Below, in pieces: positions 1 through 10,258 of a stretch of 46,480 nucleotides of DNA. The notes beneath the pieces were generated by a model, which saw only the letters and a list, made by a program, of their open reading frames with translations, was not told the origin of the DNA and ran no database searches. Numbering within the stretch: the first letter of the stretch is position 1; every line of letters begins with the position of its first letter. Source of the stretch: Octopus bimaculoides (Eukaryota); contig NC_069002.1 in NCBI RefSeq assembly GCF_001194135.2, forward strand, positions 11,798,451 to 11,844,930, written 5' to 3'. Position numbers and translations under genes: made by a program.

Positions 1-41
<41 letters not shown>
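1..41. repeat. (CT)n microsatellite
   Basis: Pure CT run at the window start. Confidence 0.97.
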
Positions 42-44
<3 letters not shown>

Positions 45-165
45 CTCCTTTTCTTTCTTTTTTTCTTTCCTTCTCTCACATATAAAAGCAAGACGTGTGT
101 TCGACTTTGATCTCCTCTGTTAATTAATGATAAATAAAGCATTATTACTAATAAAAGATGATACA

Positions 166-368
166 CCTGTTTCCGTTGTACCTGTAATTCAAAAGGGTCA
201 GCCTTGTCACACTGTGTCACGCTGAACCTCCCCGAGAACTACGTTAAGGGTACACGTGTCTGTGGAGTGCTCAGCCACTTGCACGTTAATTTCACGAGCA
301 GGCTGTTCCGTTGATCGGATCAACTGGAACCCTCGTCGTCGTAAGCGACGGAGTACCAACAACAACAA
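166..368 (+). mobile_element. SINE family A, 3' half with (CAA)n tail
   Basis: CCTGTAATTCAAAAGGGTCAGCC...GAGAACTACGTTAAGGGTACAC...GGAGTACCAACAACAAC; the same module recurs at ~5090-5246, 36284-36480 (minus) and 40040-40160. Confidence 0.85.
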
Positions 369-423
369 GAGAGACTTAGTCGCAACGTCTTTGACTTTCG
401 GCCGTCGATAGTTCAATTCTAAC

Positions 424-583
424 TCTTTTACTTGTTTCAGTCATTTGACTGTGGCCATGCTGGAGCACCGCCTTTAGTCGAGCAAATCGACCCCCATGAC
501 TTATTCTTTGTAAGCCTAGTACTTATTCTATCGGTCACTTTTGCTGAACCGCTAAGTTACGGGGATGTAAACACACCAGCATC
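424..583 (-). mobile_element. SINE family D-B, 3' (B) module
   Basis: TCTTTTACTTGTTTCAGTCATTTGAC...CCGCTAAGTTACGGGGATGTAAACACACC matches 36987-37165, 40426-40880 and the reverse complement of 21358-21446. Confidence 0.85.
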
Positions 584-712
584 TCTCTCTCTCTCTCTCT
601 CTCTGCCAAAAGCTGTCGATTCTAATCTGATCACTTTCTTGAAGACGTTCTACCACCAATTGTTGATTATTGCCAACGTCAACTGACGCTTAGCTAATTC
701 ATTGATTGCCTT

Positions 713-788
713 CGCGGTGGTGGTGGCGGCGGTGACGGCGGTGGCGGTGACGGTGGCGGCGGTGACGGTGGCGGCGGCGACGGTGGTG
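713..788. repeat. Degenerate (GGC/GGT/GAC)n trinucleotide repeat
   Basis: ggtggtggtggcggcggtgacggcggtggcggtgacgg... Confidence 0.9.
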
Positions 789-1317
789 TAGCAAACCTTT
801 TATGTCCTCTGTACATCAGTGTCGTTGTTCTTGTTAGAATTGTACTTCGAATGCGTCAAACTTGCGAAATCTTCCTTGAAGTTCTTTCTTTTTTTTTTTT
901 CCTAATTTCTCAATGAACTCCCGTTTTGTCTTTATCGCCCTTCTTCTCTTAGTTTGTTCCTGATGTAATTCTTATGGGTTGGTGTTGGTTTATCTTTCAG
1001 TCTTAGCGAGCTGTGCAAATGACAGAGAATTTTTCCTCTCCTCTCTGACGTCATCTGTTGTTATCATAGAAACAACATAACGGTTACTTGCTGTGAAAAC
1101 TCTTGTCATATTCATTGCTCCGCCTCTCACTTTCTCTTTCATTCTGATTCTCTTTATTTCTTTCTCTCTCTCTCTCTCACCCTTCTGTCTCTCTGTCTCT
1201 CTTTGACTCTCTTAAACACACATTGTGAGTTATACTTGCCTCCAATAATATAATTATTTTTCCAGTGGGATCTAAGGAAAGAATTACAATTTTGCAAAAC
1301 AAAATTTTAAACCCGTT

Positions 1318-1623
1318 AAATATTCCCTTGGTGGGAAATCGAGATTGCACGAGTGTGGGCAACATAGAAAGTAACTGTCAATCCAGTAGCTGGGAGCATT
1401 AACAATCGGGTTTGAGAAATTTGTTAAAGAAATTGGGATTGACATGAGGGTAGAACATACTCAGAAGTCGGCTGTAATGGGACCAGCAAAGGTTTTAAGA
1501 TTGGTACTTGGGTGTTAATTATCGTGGGAAAAGACACTGTGCAACTCTTGACAACAGATTAGAGTCCGTTCATACAGAATTAGCTGGAACAATGAAATCA
1601 AGTGCTCTGAGGAGTGAAATGAC
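1318..1623 (+). mobile_element. 3' end of an R4/Dong-like RLE non-LTR retrotransposon (degraded)
   Basis: Manual translation with frameshifts: IARVWAT*KVTVNPV / GALTIGFEKFVKEIGIDMRVEHTQKSAVMGPAKVLRLVLGC* (stop 1516-1518). This resembles the C-terminus of RLE ORFs (P-V-x-G-A-L-G...QK-x-A-x-x-G-T-A-R-I-L-R). A short 3' UTR then runs into (AAT)n. Confidence 0.7.

Positions 1624-1683
<60 letters not shown>
1624..1683. repeat. (AAT)n microsatellite between a LINE 3' end and a SINE 3' end
   Basis: 20 perfect AAT units. Confidence 0.97.
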
Positions 1684-1896
1684 CCTTTCGACTAAAGGCA
1701 CAATGTCTGGAATTTGGTGGGGAGGGAACTAGTCTATTACATCGACCCCAGTGCTAAACTGTTACTTAATTTATCGACCCCGAAAGGGTGAACGGTAAAG
1801 TCGACATCGGCAGAATTTGAACTCAAAACGTAAAGACGGACGAAATACCGCTAAGCATTTTGCCTGCTGATTTAACGATTCTGCCAGCTCGTCGCC
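1684..1896 (-). mobile_element. SINE family C, near full length
   Basis: Minus strand reads GGCGACGAGCTGGCAGAATCGTT (A-box-like)...TTTTGAGTTCAAATTCTGCC (B-box-like), then a central domain GACTTTACCGTTCACCCTTTCGGGGTCGATAAATTAAGTA. About nine similar copies occur in the window. Confidence 0.88.
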
Positions 1897-1941
1897 AAAT
1901 AGTTTCATATGAGACTATATTTATTTTTGTAGATGACATCT

Positions 1942-2047
1942 TGTCAATGCAGCGTCCTGTCAGTTCGACGTCCTGTTAATTGGACGTCGGCCAATTCATC
2001 TCCGGTCAATTTGTTGTCGTCAATTCACCTCCGAGTCAATTATTGCC
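1942..2047. repeat. Degenerate ~15-bp tandem repeat (7 units, GTCAATT core)
   Basis: tgtcaatgcagcgtcc / tgtcagttcgacgtcc / tgttaattggacgtc / ggccaattcatctcc / ggtcaatttgttgtc / gtcaattcacctcc / gagtcaattattgcc. Confidence 0.6.
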
Positions 2048-2464
2048 AGTATCCATGTCATTTGAAAATATGAAAGTAACATCTTTACTTTCGAAAAATT
2101 GTCTTTTCGATTTGTCTTGTATTAGTCTTTTCTTTTAATGAACACTTGAAAACAAAAGAATGTACGTGAAGTGGCATATATACAGAGTGGGTGGAAAGTA
2201 ACTGGGCTTTAGAAATTGTAATAGAAGCACTGCAAATCAAAGGCGCATCAGGTGTAGCATTACGACATCATACGACTACGGCGCTCGGCAGACTAATGCC
2301 TGAGGGTTGCATCAAATGGTTTCTAGCAGTGGAAGACTGAACGACTACGAGTTTGTCCCACAGAGAACGTTTCGAGCTACTTTTGAGTGCCATCACGTAT
2401 ATTTGTATGTATCTAAATGTGTGTGTGTGCGAGTTTTTTCACATGTGTGGGGAGGTATACAGTT

Positions 2465-2628
2465 GGCCTCCACTCAGTTTCCGTCAACCAAATTCACTCA
2501 CATGGCATTGGTGTACCTGAGATTTAGTAGATGACATTTATTTGCCCTAAGGTTCTACATACTGGGAGTGAACCAAAGACCACATGCTTTTGTAGCAAGC
2601 CTCGTTACCACGCAACCTTACCTGCGCC
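2465..2628 (-). mobile_element. Diverged D-type SINE head
   Basis: Minus strand begins GGCGCAGGTAAGGTTGCGTGGTAACGAGGCTTGC... and is similar to the D heads at 13051 and 21068. Confidence 0.6.
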
Positions 2629-3672
2629 TATATATGGAAAGCATACTGTGTGAGTTGTGGCGGCCATAATTTAAATTTTAGAAAGAGAATGTTTTTTTTT
2701 TAATCTGTATAGTTTATGGTTTATGAAATGAATGGAAGACCTAAACCTGTATTATTTATTTCCACATTAAACATTCTACAAAATATAAACACGATTAATT
2801 CTATGTTGATATATCTTTCTTATAATTCAATGTGCAGTAATTTTCAATCTGTGTACAATATAATGGAAGGCGTCATAAATTTGAAACCAGAAGCAAAAAA
2901 GAAATTATCAACAAACATTGAACATAATATATTCACGGGATATGGCTATGTGCAATGTCATTTCCTTTCAATTGCTTTTGTAATATCTTTGCGACATGGA
3001 TTCAATTATATACTTGGCGACAAGAAACGGGGAATTGTTAGCAGCAGGAGACTTTGATTACATTGAACCAATTGTTGAGATTCTAAGTTTTACCGAGCTT
3101 TGAGATTCCAGATTTTCCTTAACGATTTCGTTTCGGAGAAATTCGAACGAAATTTGACCGACGGCCAACAGGTGAGACCCGTTTTATTACAAGAACTGAA
3201 CTGACAGATTAAGTAAGAGTGAGTAGTAATTTATTGTAAGAGTCTTTGTCATGCATCAGTAACCACTTTGGTGACAAATCGTCTTAAGAATAAGGTAAGA
3301 GGAGGGAGTCTCTGAAGATACCTGTGAATGCTTGACATGTTACGCGAGACTGTGACTCGCGAAACTTATTCAGGCCGTGTCACTGTTCCCATTTGCTACA
3401 GAAAAACCCGTGATTTCAGTTTCCCAGCCAGAGAGATATATCGCGTACATCCTAACACAAAATTTGAACATTCAGACCACGGATTCATCCATCCACTCCA
3501 CAATAGTCCATTAGAAAAGATCCCTCCTTTGTGTGACCCGTAGCAAACTAAGGACACACTTTCGGTTCCTCAGAACAGTTAATGGTTTTTTTTTTGTAGT
3601 CCAAGTCGTTTCATTCGTCTACAAATGTCTGGTATCAATAATCTATGTTTGTTATGCATGTCCAGTTTTTGC

Positions 3673-3900
3673 TTAACCCTTTAGCATTTAAACCGGTCGT
3701 ATCCTGCGCAAATATTCTACCTGTTTAATGTTAAAACTGACCGGGTCATGCCTCTCATATCTACGCTTCTATGCCAGTCGAAAAATAAACAATCATATCT
3801 TCGAAGTATCGAAGGTGTAAGGTAATACAGGATTAATTTGATAAAATGTGAATAAATAAGTATTACATTTGAGAGAGTAATCCGAATATAAAAGGGTTAA
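3673..3900. mobile_element. piggyBac-type MITE (TTAA target duplication, CCCTTT...AAAGGG termini)
   Basis: TTAA(3673-3676)-CCCTTTAGCATT ... AATATAAAAGGG-TTAA(3897-3900); ~220-bp non-coding interior. Confidence 0.8.
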
Positions 3901-3914
3901 TGTTAAACTTTAAT

Positions 3915-3968
3915 CAAACTTTCTAGGTGCAATCCATGACGGTTCGTGACCGAAGGTCAGGGGTCTTT
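3915..3968 (+). mobile_element. 3' fragment of SINE family E
   Basis: TTTCTAGGTGCAATCC...CGTGACCGAAG...GGGTCTTTA is the reverse complement of the segment at 30709-30757. Confidence 0.6.
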
Positions 3969-4156
3969 ATACACACACATACACACACACACACGACGGG
4001 TTTCTTTCAATTTCCGTCTACCAAATCTAGGCATAACCCTTTCGTCGGCCCGAGACTATAGTAGAAGACAGTTGCCCGAAGTGCTACGCAGTGGGACTGA
4101 ACATAGAACCATGTGGCTTGGAAGCAAACTTCTTACCATACAACCACGCCTGTACC
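3969..4156 (-). mobile_element. SINE family D-B, 5' (D) head plus internal (TG)n
   Basis: Reverse complement of the D head (...GGTTCTATGTTCAGTCCCACTGCGTAG...TCTTCTACTATAGTCTCGGGCCGAC...TTTGGTAGACGGAAA...CCCGTCGTGTGTG). Confidence 0.85.
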
Positions 4157-4943
4157 ATATTACTGGAATAACTAGAATATCGTTTCTTTTTTCTTTTTCT
4201 TTACTCTTTATCTTTATTTTTCGTATTAATCTAACGCGTCTATAATATTCATGCCTAATCTTTTCTATGTGCTGTACACAAGTTCATTAATTCCTAAGTA
4301 TTTGTAAGTCTGTTTCGTTTAATGCTCTTATCTCTGCTTTTTTGTATATAAAATGATATTAACGGTGTTTATTAATTTTCCTATCTTACAACTTACCTTG
4401 GCGTAGTTTCTCAAACTGAATTTCATATCATTTGCTTTGTGAAACCATGTATTTTCTACAGCAGTGTTTGTAATTGATTGTCATCTCCATTCCAACTTAA
4501 CGATATCCAGGTAGAAAAATAGAAAAAGATATAAATGATTGTCTTCCCATTAGCGTTGTTATCCGAGTTCCGTATTGTTTAACAGACTGACTAAAGGTGT
4601 TAATAACTGGAAGAAAAGAAGAGAAGCAACGAAGTCCCCCACACCTGAAGATATTGCTTTTCTAATTGTGATAGGGTTCGGTTTTATATTACCTTGTTGT
4701 CATTTAGATCTGCCGAATGGTTTCCCATTTTTCTCATCACATGTTTGATGTACCTTTTCATAATCGGTCCTTCCTTACGGTTAATGCTTTCAGTATCCAG
4801 AAGTAGGAAACATTGTCGAAAGCTTCTTAGTACGCAATCCATGCCGTAAAGAAATCCACCTTTCTTCTGTGGGTTTTCTCTTATGCTTTTCTGTTTTGTT
4901 GTTATTAATCATTCGTTCCAACAATGTAATCCTTCAGAATATT

Positions 4944-5246
4944 GAAGGTGCATGGCTTAGTTGTTCGGATATTCAGCTTGCGCTCGTAAGCTCGTGAGTT
5001 CAATTCCCGGCGACGCGTTGTGTCCTTGAGTAAAACACTTTGCTTCACGTTGCTTCACTCTGCTCGGCTGGCAAAAATGAGTTATACCTACCATTCAAAG
5101 AGCCAGCCTTCTCACATTCTGTGTCACGCTGAATCTCCCTGAGAACTACGTTAAGGGTACGCGTGCCTGTGGAATGCTCAGCCACTTGCACACTAATTTC
5201 ACGAGCAGCCTGTTCCGTTGATCATCGTCGTAACTGACGGAGTGTC
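4944..5246 (+). mobile_element. SINE with CORE-like head and family A 3' module
   Basis: tRNA-like head GCATGGCTTAGTTGTT...GAGTTCAATTCCCGG, CORE-like TTGTGTCCTTGAGTAAAACACTT, then the A module (GAACTACGTTAAGGGTAC...). Confidence 0.82.
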
Positions 5247-5611
5247 AGTTATCCTTCACAGCAACTGTCCGGCCTTCTATACACGAGTTGTTGCTGTTGC
5301 TGTTGTTATTTTATATATCTTCATTCTACGGTCTAATTGCAGTTAATTGCTTCCAAGCCGCAAGCTTAAGTTTATGTGTTGTATTTTTGGCAAGTTTTAA
5401 TGAGATTTGTTTTTTAATCTTGGAGATTAAGATAGGTTTTTCTCCTTCAGCAAGTCATTCAAGTGTTGCTTCAAATTCTCTAAGGAATAAAAAAAAACAT
5501 CTTAACAATATATTATATGTATCTGTCTGGAAACTTATCACCTATTTTCAGTTTAAATTAGTTCCTTTATTAATTTGTCTGTATCACTTACCTGAGCTTA
5601 TACGTCCACTT

Positions 5612-5732
5612 GGAGAAGGCACGTGACCTAGTGGTTAGGACGTTGCACACACGATCGTTAGAATGTGGGTTCGATTCCCGGGACGAGCAGCGCATTGTGT
5701 TCTTGAGCAAAACACTTCATTTCACGTTGCTC
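5612..5732 (+). mobile_element. Truncated CORE-like SINE head
   Basis: GGAGAAGGCACGTGACCTAGTGGTTAGG...GGGTTCGATTCCCGG...TTGTGTTCTTGAGCAAAACACTTCATTTCACGTTGCTC, closely matching 40557-40680. Confidence 0.8.
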
Positions 5733-6015
5733 AGAGGATGGGAGAGTGGCAAAATTGTTGGCACGTCTGCACAGATGCTTTACGCTATATCCTCCAGCAC
5801 TCTACATTCTGAGTTCAAATCCCGCCTGCCTGGAGAGGGAAACAGGAAACCACTCCAGTATTCATCCCAAGTTTATTCATGGCAGCCGAAGTTCCTGTAA
5901 TCTACTTGACGACGGTAGGGAAGGGTAGGTCTCTCCTGGGTCGTATAGAGAGCGCTATAGAAGGTTCGCGTTCACAGGACCTGCACAAGAGCAAACCACC
6001 GCTAGACTTTAGACT
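5733..6015 (+). mobile_element. SINE with C-type head and RTE/BovB-like internal motif
   Basis: Head GGGAGAGTGGCAAAATTGTTGGC...CTGAGTTCAAATCCCGCC followed by GGAGAGGGAAACAGGAAACCACTCCAGTATT (5832-5862). Confidence 0.55.
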
Positions 6016-7485
6016 ACAACTTTTAAAGCTCTGCACTTGTTTTAAGCAAGCTTGTCCACAGAGACTTCGCCATGTCCATATTTCATTCAAAAAACTTGCC
6101 TGTTTTGCTTGCTGTCGACTCTGTATTAATATGTATTTAAATTTTGACGGCGTTCTCGATAAAATCGTTTTTGGTTGGAACCGGGCTTTTTTTCTTTGTT
6201 CAAAGAATTACTGTCGTTTTCAAATTTTCAAGATGACGGATTCTTTGCCATTCAACGACGATCACTTGTTTTAGGCATTCGTTAATTTCGGGTGCTTTAA
6301 AAAAATATTAAAAAGAAGTTTGTTTGTTTTTGTTATAGTTTCCTCCCCTTGTTTACCTCTTCTCAGTCTTTTCATTTTCGTTATTGATTTCATTAAGACT
6401 GAGAGAGATCTTTTGATTTTTAGCATCTCTTCTTTTCCTCAATGTTTTCCCCGTTGTTTGTTTGGGTCTTGGTATTTCTATATAGAGTAGCCACTTTCCT
6501 TTGTAACCATATTGCAGCTGTTGCATATATTATTTCGATTATAATAGTGATATTGATGTTCTCATCTGTTTTCATTAAGTTTACGATGGCGAGGTTTGCT
6601 CTTTTTATCTTTGTTTCTATTTTATCGTTAACTTTTATACTAGCAGAGTCATTCATTGGTCCATAAGGAGATCTATCGATTTTAATTGATTAGTTATTTC
6701 CACCTTTAGATTATTGTCCTATTCAGTATCTCCATCTTTAGAATTTCTTATTCTAAAATCTTTCTCTTATTACTTTTCATTCATATTTTCTTTTGTGTTC
6801 AGGTTCGACTTTTGTTGGTTTGGTCAGTATTCTTTAGGTATGCTAAACTTTGACTTTGTTGTGTTTTATTATTAATTATTTTCTATTATTTTTTCCATGT
6901 GCTAAGTTTACCTTATATCTTGACTTTGCTTTGTTTTTAGCTTTTATGATATATTCTCATTGTTTATATTTTGTTGATGGTGAATTTTTGTTTTTAGTCG
7001 TTGTTTGCATTTTCCTTTGTTTTCTTTCTATTATGTAATTTTTTTCTTAAGTCTTATATCTTTGGAGTTTGAGGACATATTGTTAAATAAAATTGATCAA
7101 AAGTTACTATGAGACTGAAGGTATTTTCTCTACACATCTTATATGTTTGCGTTTGTGTGTTTGTGTGCGTGTATATGTGCGTGAGTGGTTGTCTCTTTGG
7201 AAGATGATAGTGTTGCTGCAACATGTACATCTCTTGTGTCCATTTACGCTTTTACTAGTTTATTTCTCTAGTGTTTCTCTAGTCTGTTAGTCATCCATCG
7301 CCCCCTACACTTCGTCAGGATCTAAAAAAAATTCTCTCAAAGACCTCGGAATTGTAGTTGCCTCCTCGAAGCTGCTTGTTCGAAATCGATAAAACTGGCA
7401 GAGGCTGTCTGATGCTGGTACCAAAAAACAACTGAAAGCAAACGAACTGTTGATGCTATAGCTGATGTTGTGGATGCTGCAGGCG

Positions 7486-7581
7486 GATGTTGATGATGAC
7501 GATGACGACGAAGATGAAGATGACGATAACGGCGATGACGATAGTGACGATGACGACGACGGCAGTGATGGTGATGATGAT
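7486..7581. repeat. Compound (GAT/GAC)n repeat
   Basis: gatgatgacgatgacgacgaagatgaagatgacg... Confidence 0.9.
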
Positions 7582-7765
7582 TAGACTATGACAAGCGTAT
7601 TCTTTCCCCGCAAAGTTAAAGCGATCAGTACCTCAAGTAGTGCCGCACTTTGCTATGGGTCACCAACATGTGAAAGAAGATTCCTTGCTCATCACCAAAT
7701 CTCCAAAACCTACAACACTAAATAAGAGTAAACCAATTTTGAGTCTTGGCCATCGTCTTTGAGAA

Positions 7766-8240
7766 CCATCCATCCATCCATCCCGCTTCTCTGCCAACTG
7801 CTCCTGAGAGTGTCATGGGAACAGAGTACTCAGACACCTCCTCCGTTGGGCCCTTTTAGAAGCAACCACCATGACACTTCCCGACTGGATTCTCAAACCT
7901 GACCAACTGGGACTGTAGATATGATCTATCTCATTCTTGGCCTACCCCTCGGTCTCTTGTATATTGGCTCAGTTTGAAGAACCCGTCGAACGATTCTTTG
8001 CTGCGACATTCTAATTCCATGCCCGTAGTATAAGAGCTGTGAGCACTCAATGCGGAGAAATAGGGTATCAACCTCCAGAAATTCCCTGGTCTCCGAGCTA
8101 CGCAACCTATCGAGAAATGATACTCCTGATATCCTATGAAGTAACCCTATTTCAGCTTCTTGTATTCGCCATCGTACTCTTTCAGTCATTACCCAACATT
8201 TTTGACCATAGATAAGGCTGGACACGGAAACCAAACTAAA
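7766..8240 (-). mobile_element. RTE-clade LINE 3' end (Rex3/Expander-like ORF2 C-terminus) with (GATG)n tail
   Basis: ORF 7926-8234: LIYGQKCWVMTERVRWRIQEAEIGLLHRISG...RIECSQLLYYGHGIRM...KRPRGRPRMR matches the RTE C-terminal pattern (LTYG..W.MT..IQAAEM.FLRR...R.RGRP). Tail is CCATCCATCCATCCATCC at 7766-7783 on plus. Confidence 0.88.
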
Positions 8241-8821
8241 TAGAGAGAGAGTTTGGCCTTTTTAGCCAACCTCCTCTCTTCTTAGGATCGAATGCTTAAA
8301 CTGGCAAATTCTGTACCAGCACCTGCAAGTCTACCACGAAGAATGAATACATCACATTCTAATAAATAACCGCATGAATAGCAATACCAACAACAAGAAC
8401 ATTAACAACAACAGCATCAATAAATGGTATTTATTTCTTCTGTTTGTTTTTCCCTTTCCTTGTAAATTCGCAGACTCATTTGCAACTTGTTGCTTTGAAG
8501 GTTGGCAACAATTAGCAGTATATGGTTCCTTTTGATAACTCTTACGTTTCCTTTGACCGCCACCAGTATATAAGAAGTGTTTTGTCAGTAATATTGACAA
8601 TAAACGTCATATTGCCTTCAAATTTCGTTCAGCTAATTAATAAACAGTAAAACCCGATTGAATAATATTATTCTGGCATTGATCCGAAACAAAATGTTCT
8701 AAATATTTGCTGTAAGGATAGTTTATTGCTTATATTGACTATTGACAGCAAATTAAAGGATCAATATACGTATATATATGTATGTATATATGAATATGTG
8801 TGTACATATATATACATATAT

Positions 8822-8955
8822 ATATGTATACACATACACAGACACATACACTTATATGCACTTCAAGACATTGGGTATTATATATATATACATATATAAA
8901 ACCCAATGTCTTGAAGTGCATATATGTGTGTGTGTCTGTGTATGAGTATACATAT
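8822..8955. repeat. Near-perfect inverted repeat (hairpin) abutting a gap
   Basis: Perfect 24-bp arms TATATGCACTTCAAGACATTGGGT (8853-8876) and ACCCAATGTCTTGAAGTGCATATA (8901-8924), extending to ~55 bp with about 3 mismatches. Confidence 0.9.
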
Positions 8956-9769
8956 NNNNNNNNNNNNNNNNNNNNNNNNNNNNNNNNNNNNNNNNNNNNN
9001 NNNNNNNNNNNNNNNNNNNNNNNNNNNNNNNNNNNNNNNNNNNNNNNNNNNNNNNNNNNNNNNNNNNNNNNNNNNNNNNNNNNNNNNNNNNNNNNNNNNN
9101 NNNNNNNNNNNNNNNNNNNNNNNNNNNNNNNNNNNNNNNNNNNNNNNNNNNNNNNNNNNNNNNNNNNNNNNNNNNNNNNNNNNNNNNNNNNNNNNNNNNN
9201 NNNNNNNNNNNNNNNNNNNNNNNNNNNNNNNNNNNNNNNNNNNNNNNNNNNNNNNNNNNNNNNNNNNNNNNNNNNNNNNNNNNNNNNNNNNNNNNNNNNN
9301 NNNNNNNNNNNNNNNNNNNNNNNNNNNNNNNNNNNNNNNNNNNNNNNNNNNNNNNNNNNNNNNNNNNNNNNNNNNNNNNNNNNNNNNNNNNNNNNNNNNN
9401 NNNNNNNNNNNNNNNNNNNNNNNNNNNNNNNNNNNNNNNNNNNNNNNNNNNNNNNNNNNNNNNNNNNNNNNNNNNNNNNNNNNNNNNNNNNNNNNNNNNN
9501 NNNNNNNNNNNNNNNNNNNNNNNNNNNNNNNNNNNNNNNNNNNNNNNNNNNNNNNNNNNNNNNNNNNNNNNNNNNNNNNNNNNNNNNNNNNNNNNNNNNN
9601 NNNNNNNNNNNNNNNNNNNNNNNNNNNNNNNNNNNNNNNNNNNNNNNNNNNNNNNNNNNNNNNNNNNNNNNNNNNNNNNNNNNNNNNNNNNNNNNNNNNN
9701 NNNNNNNNNNNNNNNNNNNNNNNNNNNNNNNNNNNNNNNNNNNNNNNNNNNNNNNNNNNNNNNNNNNNN
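8956..9769. other. Assembly gap (first of 13 N-runs)
   Basis: Other gaps: 10259-10466, 15773-15966, 18212-18605, 25721-25961, 30399-30663, 32458-32630, 33988-33997, 34479-35014, 35758-35982, 39720-40014, 43484-43976, 44974-45293. Confidence 0.99.
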
Positions 9770-10197
9770 TATATATATATATATATATATGAGTAGAAAA
9801 ACGAAAGAATGTAGAACTCACAACACACGTAGGTTATTTAGTAATATACGTGTGTTTGTAGGCTTGTAGAACGAACCTATCTCGTCAGATATGCAGAGAA
9901 GAGTAAAGGTATTTTATATAAATTCAAGATGGTTTTCAGCTGATAGGCTTACTATTTGTCGGTTCAGATCACATGGTGTTATTGGTCTGAAAGCGACATC
10001 GGTTCCATGAATTCTTCTCTAATCTTTTTACTAATCTGACTAGATATTTTCTTTCGTCTAACGAGATTTACAAAACATTAAAAGTTAAACAGTTACTTAT
10101 ATGCGCGTTTATGTACGTGTTAGCGCGTAAGTGATAATATATGTGTACATAAACACACACATATATTCCCATTTCTATGTGTTTGTATGTAGTATCT

Positions 10198-10258
<61 letters not shown>

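Larger units (their letters stand above)
4160..7050 (-). mobile_element. Fossil R4/Dong-like RLE LINE (N-terminal region through RT domain), fragmented by SINE insertions
   Basis: Minus-strand motifs appear in the expected order: NITIIIEIIYATA (~6500-6560), SNQKRFYRE (6153-6179), FLNEIW (~6075-6095), E*LAEG-TYLISK (~5420-5470), AWIAY*EAFDNVSYFWILKAL (~4785-4845), FYLDIVKL/DDNQLQTLL (~4450-4525), YKYLGI (4289-4306), EYYRRVRLI (4224-4250). Many stops and frameshifts. Confidence 0.7.

Noticed and set aside
2364-2397. Second hammerhead-like motif (minus strand ...GCTCGAAACGTTC)
   Set aside because: GAAACGUUC is present, but the CUGANGA core and stem I/II pairing are too degenerate.
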